NCBI GenBank assembly: GCA_036172245.1
Contig: JAYWIR010000020.1
Span: 372,001-436,000 of the forward strand
Source of the DNA: Raillietiella orientalis
Lineage: Eukaryota
Length of the DNA stretch: 64,000 bases
Reading direction: 5' to 3'
Positions 28,449 through 40,488 of the stretch are shown piece after piece. The position numbers were made by a program, and so were the translations under genes. Position 1 is the first letter of the stretch; the number at the start of each line of letters is the position of its first letter. Under the pieces are notes generated by a model. The model saw only the letters and a program-made list of their open reading frames with translations, did no database searches and was not told the DNA's origin.

Positions 28449-29979
28449 TTCGAAACGCTTACTGTTTCATGGATGTGTTCCGAACCACCCTCAGATGAAC
28501 AACGTGATTGTTCCGAACCAAAGCATTTCTTGAGGACTATTTCTTCTTGACGTGTTTCCAAGTCGACAAAAATTTGGAAGCATCCTTCCTATGCTGTGAG
28601 ATCTGAATCATGGTTCCGCGTTAGCATTTCATATTCGCTAACCATTCATCTAAGGAATTTGTTTTGTGAGATACACACTGTTCAGTCAACATTGCTTCCT
28701 GGTACACCTGAGGGGAAAAGCACCTTTCTAATGCACTGATTAATGGGGATAATTATACAGGTGCATTTTCCCAAAGCGCAGGAGTGAATCATAAATACAC
28801 TAAACTTTGCACCCCGAACCGCGCTGCAACATCCATGGTGTTCTCACCTTTCTACGGCGACGGTTTGCTGATGAAGTTTCAAAGTCGGCTCCTTCCCTCG
28901 GGAAATCGTAAGACACCAACCACTGCCCCCCCCCCCCTGTTCCAACTGCTACATCCATTACATGCATTGCTTTGTGGATGAAGGAAGCCTTGCTGAAGAT
29001 GAAGATGCTGCCATGATTTTCGTGTTGGTGTTGCGTGTCTTACGGCTCAAACATTAAAAATTGCAACTAAGCAAATCCTCCTATTCTTTGATACTTTACC
29101 ACTGCTGCTCCTCATAGATGGATCTGTCATTCTTTCCATCTATATGCATAAACACACGCATACAGATGCGTGCGTCCAATGGAAACGTATAACGGAAATC
29201 CGAAAATGATGCATTTTCTACGAACAACGATAAAAAAACATTTCTATGGGATGACTGTGCCGCTTTATAGCAACTTGTTTATGGATCTACATCTTCTCTA
29301 CGAAGAAATTTACCAAATTTGTCACTCTTGTAAACTGGAATGGGAGCTTTCATTAAAGATTGGTATCGAATCTTTGAAAAGGTGTGCCCTAAGACAAATT
29401 TTTAGAAAACATAGGCAAAAGTGATGACCCCAACAGAAAATAGGCAAGATTCTAACCGTTATTCGAAGTATGTAAAATGTGAGCAGGATTTCCAAGAGAG
29501 GCAATTTTTTTTTTTTTTTTAAACCAAATGGTAATCCTTTTTGAATGACTGCTTGCTTTGTGAAATTCCTGTGAATGCTCTGTCTGAATACTTTATATTA
29601 AGAAATCAGTTGTCCCCATTCCCAAGGGATTCACTGATCGAAATCCTCATCAGAGACAAGAAAAAATACTGAGATTTCTAACACTGGTTTCAGAATTCTT
29701 TGTTATTTCTCTATTATTTCATACTCTCATGCTGTCTCAATTTTCCAAAAGCTAATTCTAAAACAAAAAACATGCTACTTCTTCATTAACCCCCCCCCCC
29801 TCCTCCCCACGGGATTCCATGAAAATCTTTCATTTCAAAGTTGTTCTTCACAACTTTGAAAATACATTTCTTTCACTCGGAAACCTTTCATTCCAATCTT
29901 AATAGAGTGATTAATTTCTATAATGATGGTCCTCACTTGCTTAAGAAACTTTGACGAGCTTTTCCTATTTAACACGTGT

Positions 29980-30560
29980 CAAGCACAATTCATTGAAATA
30001 CAAGCTTCCTTTACCGAGGACAGTTATTATTTAATATCTTCCTTTTCAATGTTTCTAGCAGAGCTAGCTTTAATAGTGATTTGATTAACGAAATCAAACA
30101 CATGCCTGCTTTCTGAAAGTTGTTAGTCACATATCGAAGCGAAGGCTTTGAATGAGTGTTCACGAGGACTCGGGACCAAAGATTTTTTGCCACTGGCTAA
30201 ATCTCTTGTGAGATGAAAGAAAGATGAAAGAAACTTGCTGTCGGGAAACTTCTCGCTTCTCCAAGGTGTTCTTTTGATGACATGACAAGCATTAATTTCA
30301 AAATCCTGGACATGCATCGGAAATTTGTTTCCAGTAGTGCCCGTAGAAAATCCAATGAATTTTGTTAAAAGCAGTCAACAATTTCTAGGAAACACCGGGT
30401 TTTGCCCACAGATTACTATTACCACCTCAAACTGGGGCCGCTTGGTGCTTCCAGAGTAATCCAGAGCATGCCGCAAAACTTTGGAAGCCTGAAAGATTCC
30501 TGGATTTCCTGGGATAGTTTTTAAATCACGAATCTCAATGCACGCCCACTTGATTCTGTG
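29980..30560 (-). mobile_element. degenerate Mutator/MULE transposase remnant (boundaries approximate)
   Basis: QDFEINAC....KFPDSKFLSSFFHLTRDL resembles the MULE DFE.A....FP.....C.FH..Q motif. It is followed in another frame by NLWSRV...LLKLALL. Confidence 0.5.
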
Positions 30561-32658
30561 GAAGTTTACTTCTAATTTAGTTTACTTGTCTTTAGTAAGG
30601 CAAATTATGCTCTTGCTGATCTGTATCACAGACTCCAGCAAAGTGTGCCCCAAAGCATCCTCCGGCAAAGTGTATGAAAATGCATTTTCAGAGCTGTAGT
30701 ATTGGAGAACGCTACTTTCTCCGAAAACATCAGTGCCTTTTGAAAATTGCTTCTATCTTCTTCTTCTTCTCTTTTAATTGAAAAAAGGACTAAACAAGTA
30801 AAGCGATTCTTGTTTGTTTCTATCGAATTCGTTTCTAATTGCCAAAGTTAAATAAGCCAATCACGGGAAATGGGATTTTTCCTACGAGGAGCACTCGGAA
30901 TTCTTAACCAATTCTACTGAAAATAGATCGTGAATTTACTTGATTTTATTCACAACTGGCAGACTCGAAATAAAGCCTCACCTTCTCAAGCCCTCCCCGA
31001 CTCACCTTCTTAAACAATTTCGAGCAATCAAAACAGTTCTCCCATCCCTATTTAATTCATCTTTTCATCTTTCACGTGTAATAGCACTGAGATAGAGACG
31101 GAATTACATGGAATTACGACTCACGTAGTGTGGTTTCGTAGGGCGGTCCTTCCTTGAACCTAAGTAAGAAGAATACAATAGTAACTGGATCAGCGTGCTG
31201 TGATGGGTAGGCCGTAGGGAGCTCTGCCGGTGTTGACCTATGCGGGAATACTGCCTTTGGGAGTCCGGTGTGATTCAGGGAACAGATGGCTAGAATCCCA
31301 AGTTTTTTGCTAATGGACTTTCTGTTCGCTCCAGACGCTCTGCTTGATGTTGAGAGACTTCAATAAAATCACTATGGTCTTGGCCAAAGGTCCAAAGCCA
31401 ATTTCCACTTTAAGAATCGTGAGATTTAATGCATTTTTGGAATATGTTTCGTAACATTTTTTTTCCGTTCAGGAAAGAAAGTTAATTCATTCTGTCATAG
31501 CGACAACTGTGTACACTTTTTTAATTTCTAAATCCTTAGCATAACCCAATTTTTTTTTTTTTTTACGAAGCGTTTGCAACTGCTTTGGTATTACAATTTT
31601 GAAATGATTACCCAAAATTTGACAAAACAAAATGGAAAGGATATTTTTTTAAGGCTGAGCCGATGGTCAGTGAGCTATCGAGATCAGCCGGCAAAAACTG
31701 AGCTGATTCCCGTTCTTAAAGGACCTATGCCTTCTTCTCTCGGCTGTACCACTACCTCCCAGCAGACGTTGAAGAACTCTTAGCGTTCGGCTGCCTCTTG
31801 GACTCTTAATATCTGGGAAACAACAAGCTCCAAAAATCTGGACGGACAGTTCCACTATAAAGCTAAAGCAGTGTTTCTGTTCCATAGCATTTTCCGTGAA
31901 ACTTTTCCATCTCAGTGAAGACAGTCCATGTATGATTTGGGGAGTCGGATTTAAAGCTGCGAAGGGCAAGCGACATTAAAACATCATCCAGACATTCCCT
32001 TTGATATCTAAAAAAAGAAATACGCTTTTCACGTAAAACTGGAACTGCTCTACAGGAATAAAGCACTTGCGTTCCGGTCACAAAACACTAATAACCGAAA
32101 TAAATGCTGCCCGAGAACAAGTAATGACTTTCGTTGCACGTGATCTTGAAGTCCAACACTGCAGTAAATTTTAGATTGTACTTCCGTGCAGCAACTGCAT
32201 TCCTAAGTGCTGCAACACTGGCATATTTCCGAAGAAAATTTCCAAGCTTGAAATTTTCATCGATGAGACGTTGCTTAGTAAAAATAAGTTTCCGGAAGAG
32301 GCAGCCGGAATTAATGAAAGGCGTAACAAATTCGTCATGCACCAGCGGTACATCCACTTTGGATGGGGACCATACGAAACGTTTTGTAGGTCGTAACGAA
32401 ATTACAATACTTGCAGCGTAGATACTTCGTACTTTCATGAACACGCCTTACTAGTTAATGGTTAAGGGCTAGCATGAAAAAGTTACTTTGGTTATAATTA
32501 AATAGTTGCAAGAAAATCAAGCTTGTAAACTGGAGGCATGTTTGAATGCTCCAATTCTTAAACAATGTCACTTTTGTTGGAGACACAAAACATTCATGAA
32601 GAACTATATTAACAATTACACATAAGTAATTACAACAAGCGACTTGTGGATAGGAGTA

Positions 32659-32664
32659 TTTATT
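32659..32664 (-). promoter_or_regulatory. candidate polyadenylation signal for PUF60
   Basis: AATAAA on the minus strand about 340 nt after the stop codon. Confidence 0.35.
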
Positions 32665-33001
32665 TCAGAAAGCACCCTTCCTGGAATTAATAACTGACGG
32701 CTAGATTGACTTAATCACCTAAACCCATTTTTTCGAAAATGGGAAGCAAAAAAACCAAAAACTTGATGAATCTTCTATTTTGCAACTCCTGCCCTGTTAC
32801 ACATGAAATTTAGAAGCACCAATACAGAACTTTATGCAGATGAAATAGCAATAATTGTGAATGCCACTGGCAAACAATTTGGTGAAGAGTCCATGTAACA
32901 CCAAACGGCAAAATAAGTGGTGCAATGCACCAACCTTCCAAATGACTCATCTACTCTTCAATGACTGTATATAAAGCAGTGATTAATTTTGTTGTACAGT
33001 T

Positions 33002-36000
33002 TCATCCCGAAAGGTCATTATGGTCAAATAATGCCTGATCATACAATTCTGATCTCACCATACGACCACCAAAAAATCGCCCATGCAAAGACTCTTTGGC
33101 TCTTTCAGCTTCTGCTGAACTGCCAAATTCGACAAATATTTTAACAATAACTTCGGCATCATCTTCTTCACTCTGTTTCTCCTGGTAGATAATGACCCGG
33201 TTAACCAGGCCATACCGGTTGCATTCATCAGTGATTTCTTCTTGCAGAGTATCATCCACATCCTCTGCTCCGACCATATTCCGCAGAATAATAACACGTG
33301 ACTCTGGTTTCCTAAGTAGTTTCTGCATCACTAGATGGCGTGCACTCTGACCCTTGATGGAAAGCTCTTCCTGTTGTTGTAGTGTCTGGGGCTCCACATC
33401 TTCCATCAGTTTTTTCTGTAACTCTTCTTGCTAAAAAAACACATGAGCTCAAATCAGTAATATTAGACATGTTACTTGAGCTTGCTGCTTTGCTTTGAAT
33501 AAAGCTTCTGCTGGGCTAATGGGCTGGGCCATTCCACCTAAAGATGGAGTCACTACTGTAGGAGGTGGGAGGATTGGTGTTGCCAACTGTGGCTGCTGAA
33601 CCACTGTAGGAGGAAGAATTTGTGGAATAGCCACTCCAGGAGGAGGCAGATTCATGTTGTTCATGGCAGTAGTACAAACTGTCATGCCTGGGGTAGAAGG
33701 AGACAGGCCAATTGTAGTGTTGACCAATGATGGGACTGAAGCATTCAAGGACTGTGAAGCAAAAGCCAAAGTATTGCTGGCCACAGCATCCATTGCCTGG
33801 ATTTTAGCAGTAGCTGCAGCAGCAGCTACTGCTGCTGCTGTGGGCATAGGCCCTTGAGCTGGTCCATTGCTGCTCTATAAAGCAATATCACAACAGATCA
33901 ATGGAAAACTCAAATACACTTACCAACACATATAAAGCATTAGGTGGGGTGCAAGCACGTCCTACCCTCAGGTATTGCCCTCCAAGATCAAATAAATTCA
34001 TAGAAGCAATAGCTTCTTGTGCTGCCTGCACTGTCTCATATTCTATAAAACCATATCCTTTGTGCTTTCCAGGTGCATTACCTTGGGCAAGTTTGCAGTA
34101 TTTGATACGCCCAAAAGCCTCAAAAACACTTTTGGGCATTTATGATATGCTGAAAGTTCTGCTCACCTCTTAATATCCTCCTCAGTTAAGTCTGGATGGA
34201 TAGAAGCAACATAAACCCGATTGTAGTTCTTTGCTTCTTCAGTGATTTCATCAATAACTGACTGTGCTTGTGGCATGTTGCTAGGCCTGCCAACTTTGAT
34301 GTTACGTCCACCAATCATTACTCCATTCATTTGTTCAAGAGATAGCTGAGCTGCTTCAGGAACTTCGTACTCCACAAAAGCAAATCCTTTGTGTTTCTGT
34401 GTCAGAGGATCCCAACTCATGCTGATTGATTTGATGGGTCCAAATGGCAAAAAAGCTTGTCGAATAGTATCCTCCTTTAATTCATAGCTGATGCTACCAA
34501 CATATACTCTGCACACAATAAATATCATCTCTAACAGTATACTCTGCTTACCGACACATGAGAACCAGAGCTTGGTGTCTCTGCAGAGAACGGGCTTGCT
34601 GAAAATATACACAACAGATGAAATACATGATATAATCAAGCTCACCTGCTGCTGATGTGCTAGTGTTTGTTTCATGAGAACCATTTTGATGCTCTGTTCC
34701 ATTGCATATTTCTTACACCTCCGCACAGCATCATTTTGGTCTCTAGTAAGGGTGGGCAAACCTTGCCCCAGCAAACTGGGAATCAAGTTAACATCATTCT
34801 TGGCACCAGGACCTTAAGCAAATTGTAAGTCTTACAGTCACACAGTGAAGTAAAACACTTAGTTACCTGCCAAGGGGACATCAACCTGTTTGAGAATGGA
34901 TTTGGGAATTGTTGGAACATCTGCAATAAGAGAATTCATTTAGATAAAGTCAAGAAGAACAGAAACAGAAAGCACCATAGACATTGCATTGTGAGCCAAT
35001 AATAAAGATCCCCTCATTTTAATGTTCCCCAGAGGGAAAGGTTCCTGGGTGCTTGCTGATGCAGCCCAAACCCAAATACTATTTATACTGCAGTCAGGAA
35101 GCCACCAGTACAATCCCCACAAACAAGAAGGGTAAAAGCAGCTTTACCCCAGTAGCCCCAAAGCTGATGAGATGTTTATCCTATGTAAACCTGCTGCTGC
35201 ACAATCTGTGGCCTGGCAACACTACATAAAATGAGAGGAACAGACACTCGTTAGCCACAGTCGTAATCACAATGAGGATTACAATTAGCAGAGATTGGCA
35301 CACCAGTGCTGACTGGTACCAGATATAACTGGACCCAACCATCACTAAGGTATGGCATTATTTACTACCAACAATATCCCACAGCAGTGCTACCAAATGC
35401 TGGAAGCAATGCTATAACTAAAGAACTAAAAGATGACCTCCAACAAGAGGATCGACTGGAATGAAACCACAGCAATTCCAGTCAGATGCATGGCATGATT
35501 AGCTGAACTCAGCCACTTTTCTGCTGCGGGACATGCCAGCTACAATTGAGAGTGCCAGGCTGAACATGACACTCAAAAATTGAAGATTGGCGTTCTGCAC
35601 AAAAAACAAAACAACAAAATCAGATTAGATGTGCGATGTAGAAAGAACGAATATTGCAAATTGAAATATATACGGCAGCCAAACCTCCATCAATTGTGGC
35701 TTCTGTTTAAAGGAGTTTTCACATAGATCACCTGCAAGACGCATAACACAGAAAGAGAATTAATGACCTCAAAAGCTATAATAAATCAACAGTTTTAAAA
35801 AATCCAAAATCATTTCTAATGAATTCATCCTATCCTTATTACAGCTATTACCATTGCTCTCTTCGGTTTGCAAGAAACTTTGATCAAATTTCATTTGTTG
35901 CTCTTTAATCATATTAGCTGTCTCATCTGTATTTTGGAAAAAATACTGATCTTCAATGTTATATTTCTTTTCTCCCATTTCGAAAGTTCCAAAATTGGGA

Positions 36001-36540
36001 AATCCATTCTGCAAAACATAAATGACAAACTTTAGTTTAGAATATAAAAGCAGCAACATATTATTAGCATTGCCAGCACTATACACATTTTAAACTTTTT
36101 ACAGGAATGAGTAGTTATCCCTAATATTTTGAATACTTCAATCCCTGATAATATTGATTTCTACGATTCCTGTGATAAAAGACGCTATTTCGTAATTCTC
36201 GGTACAGCTTTATCATTTCTATTCGTACCGAATTACTGAGGCTTAATTCAAATGGGTTCCACTAATCTTATAAACGACACGGTTTTGAGAAAGACGAATT
36301 ACTATACTATCAATCTAAATATGAACTGTCCCAATCCAAACCAATCACCAATACAAACATCGGCTATCACTTCTTTATTAAGGGAAAACAAATACGAAAT
36401 TATTAAAAATTCCGGTTATTAAAAATCCTTTTCTACAAAATAAATGAAATTTTTGCTTGAAAAAACAATTAATGAATAAGATTATGACGACTTACCATAC
36501 ACTGAGAAAAGTCATAGGCATTCATATTCATCGACATCAT
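33002..36540 (-). CDS. PUF60: poly(U)-binding splicing factor PUF60 / half pint (2 RRMs + C-terminal UHM)
   Basis: Core exons 34867..34920, 34646..34812, 34552..34598, 34167..34508, 33924..34128, 33476..33874, 33002..33430 (TGA). Diagnostic peptides: [34 protein letters not shown]...[34 protein letters not shown], and UHM ILRNMV...RFFGGR. The 5' exons 36496..36540 (ATG), 35852..36008 and 35685..35731 are plausible but less certain, and one phase junction is unresolved. Confidence 0.95.
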
Positions 36541-38745
36541 TTTGACTATCAGAAATCAGTAATCAAGAAAACACTTTCAATAGCACACGCATTTTTAAAC
36601 AATATTGCTTGGGGCTCTCAAGTTTAAAGCAAAAGCATCAATCAAATCAAACATTGTTCTCCAAATACTTGATTTAGTGGTAAGAACTACGAAATAATAT
36701 CGATGAAATCGCGAGTGCTAATGATTTTGTATATTATTTTTTAGCTTCTTTGTATTTGTTCGTCCAGATACTACAACTTGCAGACGCAACGCATTTGCAC
36801 ACGCAACTACTGACATTTTGTTTAGCCTTGCCAGATTACTGTATGCTTTCAGAAGCTATATTTGTCGACAATTTTAAATGATTAGTCAATACAGTATGTT
36901 CATTGTAACGTGAACCAGAATGATTTATAAACGATGAAACGATATAGTGGGTGATTTTTAGTATGATACACAGGGCAGCATTCATAAATGGCTAAATTTT
37001 GAGCTAAATTTGAATGTATCTACAATACGTAAGAAAACTATTGGAAACCAGTTATGGTCTCGCGAAACAATCAGATGCAACAAGAAACAAAAGGCTTCTC
37101 AACAGAAAATATCCAATTGCGAATTCAGCAAATGAGTAATAAAGATTTTAAATTCGAGCAGTCACTTAAGTGGTTAGTGTATTTTCTTAACGGCGGTAAA
37201 TGTAACATACTTGGAAATCAATATCGATTCTGCCAGAAGAGATGGCTTTGATAAGAAAGCTCCTTTCTGTCAATAAACAAAACTATTGATCAGTCAGTTT
37301 CAATTCATTTTGTAGAATTTCATATAAATCGAGTATCCTCATTAGAGAATTTGGAGTATTGTCCCGAATTAGACAAAGAATAGCTAAATGTTCAGTATTT
37401 TCATTCTTTATTTTCATGTTTGCCTTGTTTCACAGTTTGGTATCATCATTATTTTATTATTTTTTCCCACTAAACTGCTTGAAGATGCTGAAAAAATATG
37501 ATCACGATTTTAGATGGGTGGAGTAAGCAATCTCAATGAATTTGCAGAAAACATCACTTTTATATGAGACCCGATGAAAGGGACGGTGAGCATCAATTTA
37601 ATGTAATTATCTGGTATAAATATTGGATCCTTTCTCTCCAATATTACAGCATTTTGAAGTTTGCCTTCTATTTGGAATCAGTCCTATTAAGAGATTTAGA
37701 ATAGAATAGGTACTGCAAATATTTGTGTTTCAGTAGAATTGTTGCTATTAGTAAATCCCAGCACATCGAAAATTTTTTGTTTAGTTTTTTTGAAAAGTTT
37801 TTTGTTTAGTTACATCTAAATAAACGAATTTAACATGGAAACTGTGACACAGGGTCCGCCGGTTTTAGGGCCATGCAATGTTGATAACAGTTTGGAAACG
37901 CTTTTTCAGTAGATTATAGCTTAGGGTTTGGAAAATTTCTAGTGAGTAAAAGTAGTCTGGGATTTCAAATGACGAGCTCCATCGCAGCAGCAAATGAAGA
38001 CAAACGCAAAACATAAGTAGAAAGTGCATTCCTGAATTGAGTATGACTGGAAATTCTAGATAACTGCTAAACATCCATTCATTCTTATTTAATAATTCTC
38101 ATAGACTTCGATTACTTTTTTAAACAAAAAATGGTTCCTCCGTTGTTGACCTAATATGTTGCTTACTTATATTCGTACCACTGATTCTCTGGAGAACAAC
38201 TCTCTTAATATGTATCGAATTTCCGATAAATATCAATGATTCAAAAGTCATTTTGACAAAACTTGAAGAAAAACAGGCAAATTTATATTAAATTGCTTAT
38301 GTGTAAACTGACTATGAGCCATATATTGGGTTTTTGTCTGTCAAATGCCACTGCTTTTTGGTTTCATACTTGTAGTTTAACAGGAAAGCATCGGAAATGA
38401 AAGCAAAGGAAACTGTCAACAATAATAAACAATGAGCAGAGGTAATAAACCATCTGAAATTTCCAGAGAACAAGGGAAACAAAACATTGAACTTTGGAGT
38501 TTAGAATAATATATAATTACGCATTTACAAATTATGGCTTATATCTCATTTCATGCTAATGTAACTTTATATTGTTTCACAGCTTTTACATGGGGAAGTA
38601 CTGACTCGGTAACCGGAGGATTGCATAGTCGTCAAAGGGGCCATAATCTCATACACCTCTTTCCAAAAAAGCTCATACCAAGGAAGGGATTCTCAGCCAT
38701 AATGTGAAAGAATAACCAACCCATCAGGGGACCAACGCATCAGGA

Positions 38746-38785
38746 ACCGCTGTATCTTAAGGATTTGCCTTTAAGATACAGCGGT
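38746..38785. repeat. perfect 15-bp inverted repeat with 10-nt spacer
   Basis: accgctgtatcttaa-ggatttgcct-ttaagatacagcggt. Confidence 0.9.
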
Positions 38786-40488
38786 CTCGATTTAAAAAAA
38801 CAAAATCCGAGTCAGTTTTAGAATCTAAGGAACTGAGAATAAATCAGAATAATTATGAATTGAGAAAGCGTTGTATTGAGAATATCAAATTCTTAATCAC
38901 ATAGGTCAAGAAGACTCTGTTAATTAGATTGCAAACAATCTGCAGCATTTGAACGACTACAATATTTCTAGGAAAACTTGTGTAAATGTGTCACAAATGT
39001 GGAATCAAGGAGGTTTAGGTGAGGATCTGATTCTTTTATGAATCAAGTTCAATATTGATTTGAAAAATTTGACTCAGAGAAGGAAGCCTGGAGCTGGAAA
39101 AATTCAAGCGAATCAGAATGAGAGCTTTAAAAAGGAACATACACATATACAATCCCTGCACTGATTATTGCACCAGAAATTTAAATAAGCTGGTCTCTTG
39201 AAATGAAGATTTTACATTAATAGACTACATGAGCGTTCACAAAGAACACTTACTAAAACTAATAAAATCATAATATTTTCCTTCATTATTTTTTATTTTG
39301 TAGTATTTTATTATAAACTATCATTAAAAGTAAATTTATTGGACATTTTAAAACTATGCTTGTTGGTTATTTTATCGCCCAGATTTTGCCTTACAGTTTT
39401 TTTTCCCCTTTGGAAGTCATTGGGTCGGTTTTTAGTGCTATTCCATATTATCTTTTTTTTAAAGTCATCTTTAACAAATAAATTTGGCACTCTGGATTGA
39501 AGGATCCTAATCCATTAAGCAATAAACATAATCAATACATATAACATTGAATGCTTTCAGCACTTGAAATCTTTCAGTTTTAATTAACGGCTGCCTAAAA
39601 GCGTCAGTACCTTTTTTTTTTGGCATTGTAAGGTAGGGTGCCGTAAATATATTCGAGAAATCAAAATTTCTAATCTTCATCGAGTTACGGGGAAAACATT
39701 TAATAGAATAGAAGTCGTCAAAGACACATCACCAATATTATGAAAAAGACCTCTAATGTAATATATCCCCAATGAATATTGATTATGTATTTATCATCAT
39801 TATGGGTTATGCAATACAAGAATCATTATATATCAACAGCTTTCTGACATCACATATTTTTTGCATTATGCCCATACACATACCCGAATTAATGCTTTTA
39901 GGAATGCACATACCAACAATTATACTGTTATCAAGTTTGGGGATCAAACTTATCTACAATTTGCAAAACAACGGTTTGCATACGTAAATTTGGTCACGTT
40001 ATTATAAATGAAAACAACTATGTTTTGGAATACAAGATTGTTTGCATAAGTATTACCAGCTGTTTTCCTTTTTTTTAAACATGGAACTGAAAAAAAGCAA
40101 AAAAGAAAAACATGGCAAAATGGGCGTATGAATTTTATTTGGAGGAGACTAGCATACACAGGGTCTACGGTTTTCATCTCACAACTTCGCTGTTCCTGCT
40201 GCTATTAGGTGGACCTGATAGGATTATTATATTTGTGCTGTCACACCTGAGTTGAGATTCTCAAGGAGCAACATGGTCGCATGCATCGAAGCTCCCCGCG
40301 ATCATGAATCCGTATTCCTTGATCCTATCGCAGTTTCAAGAGTATGCACAATGTGCAATGCGTAATTCTTTGTGCTTCTTGTATCGTTAATTATAAGATT
40401 ACGATTAGGTGATTCTATGAGGTGCTAGTAAAAAATATTTCCGTGAGGAAACCAAGAAAAGTAAGGACGTTCATACTGAAGTGCTGTA

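Noticed and set aside
31140..31300. GC-rich patch as a tRNA or SINE
   Set aside because: No A/B boxes or cloverleaf recognisable.
31700..32444. ORFs 32088..32444 (-) and 32134..32421 (+) as a gene or pogo-like transposase
   Set aside because: Only a vague resemblance to an N-terminal DNA-binding region; no catalytic motif or splice structure I can support.
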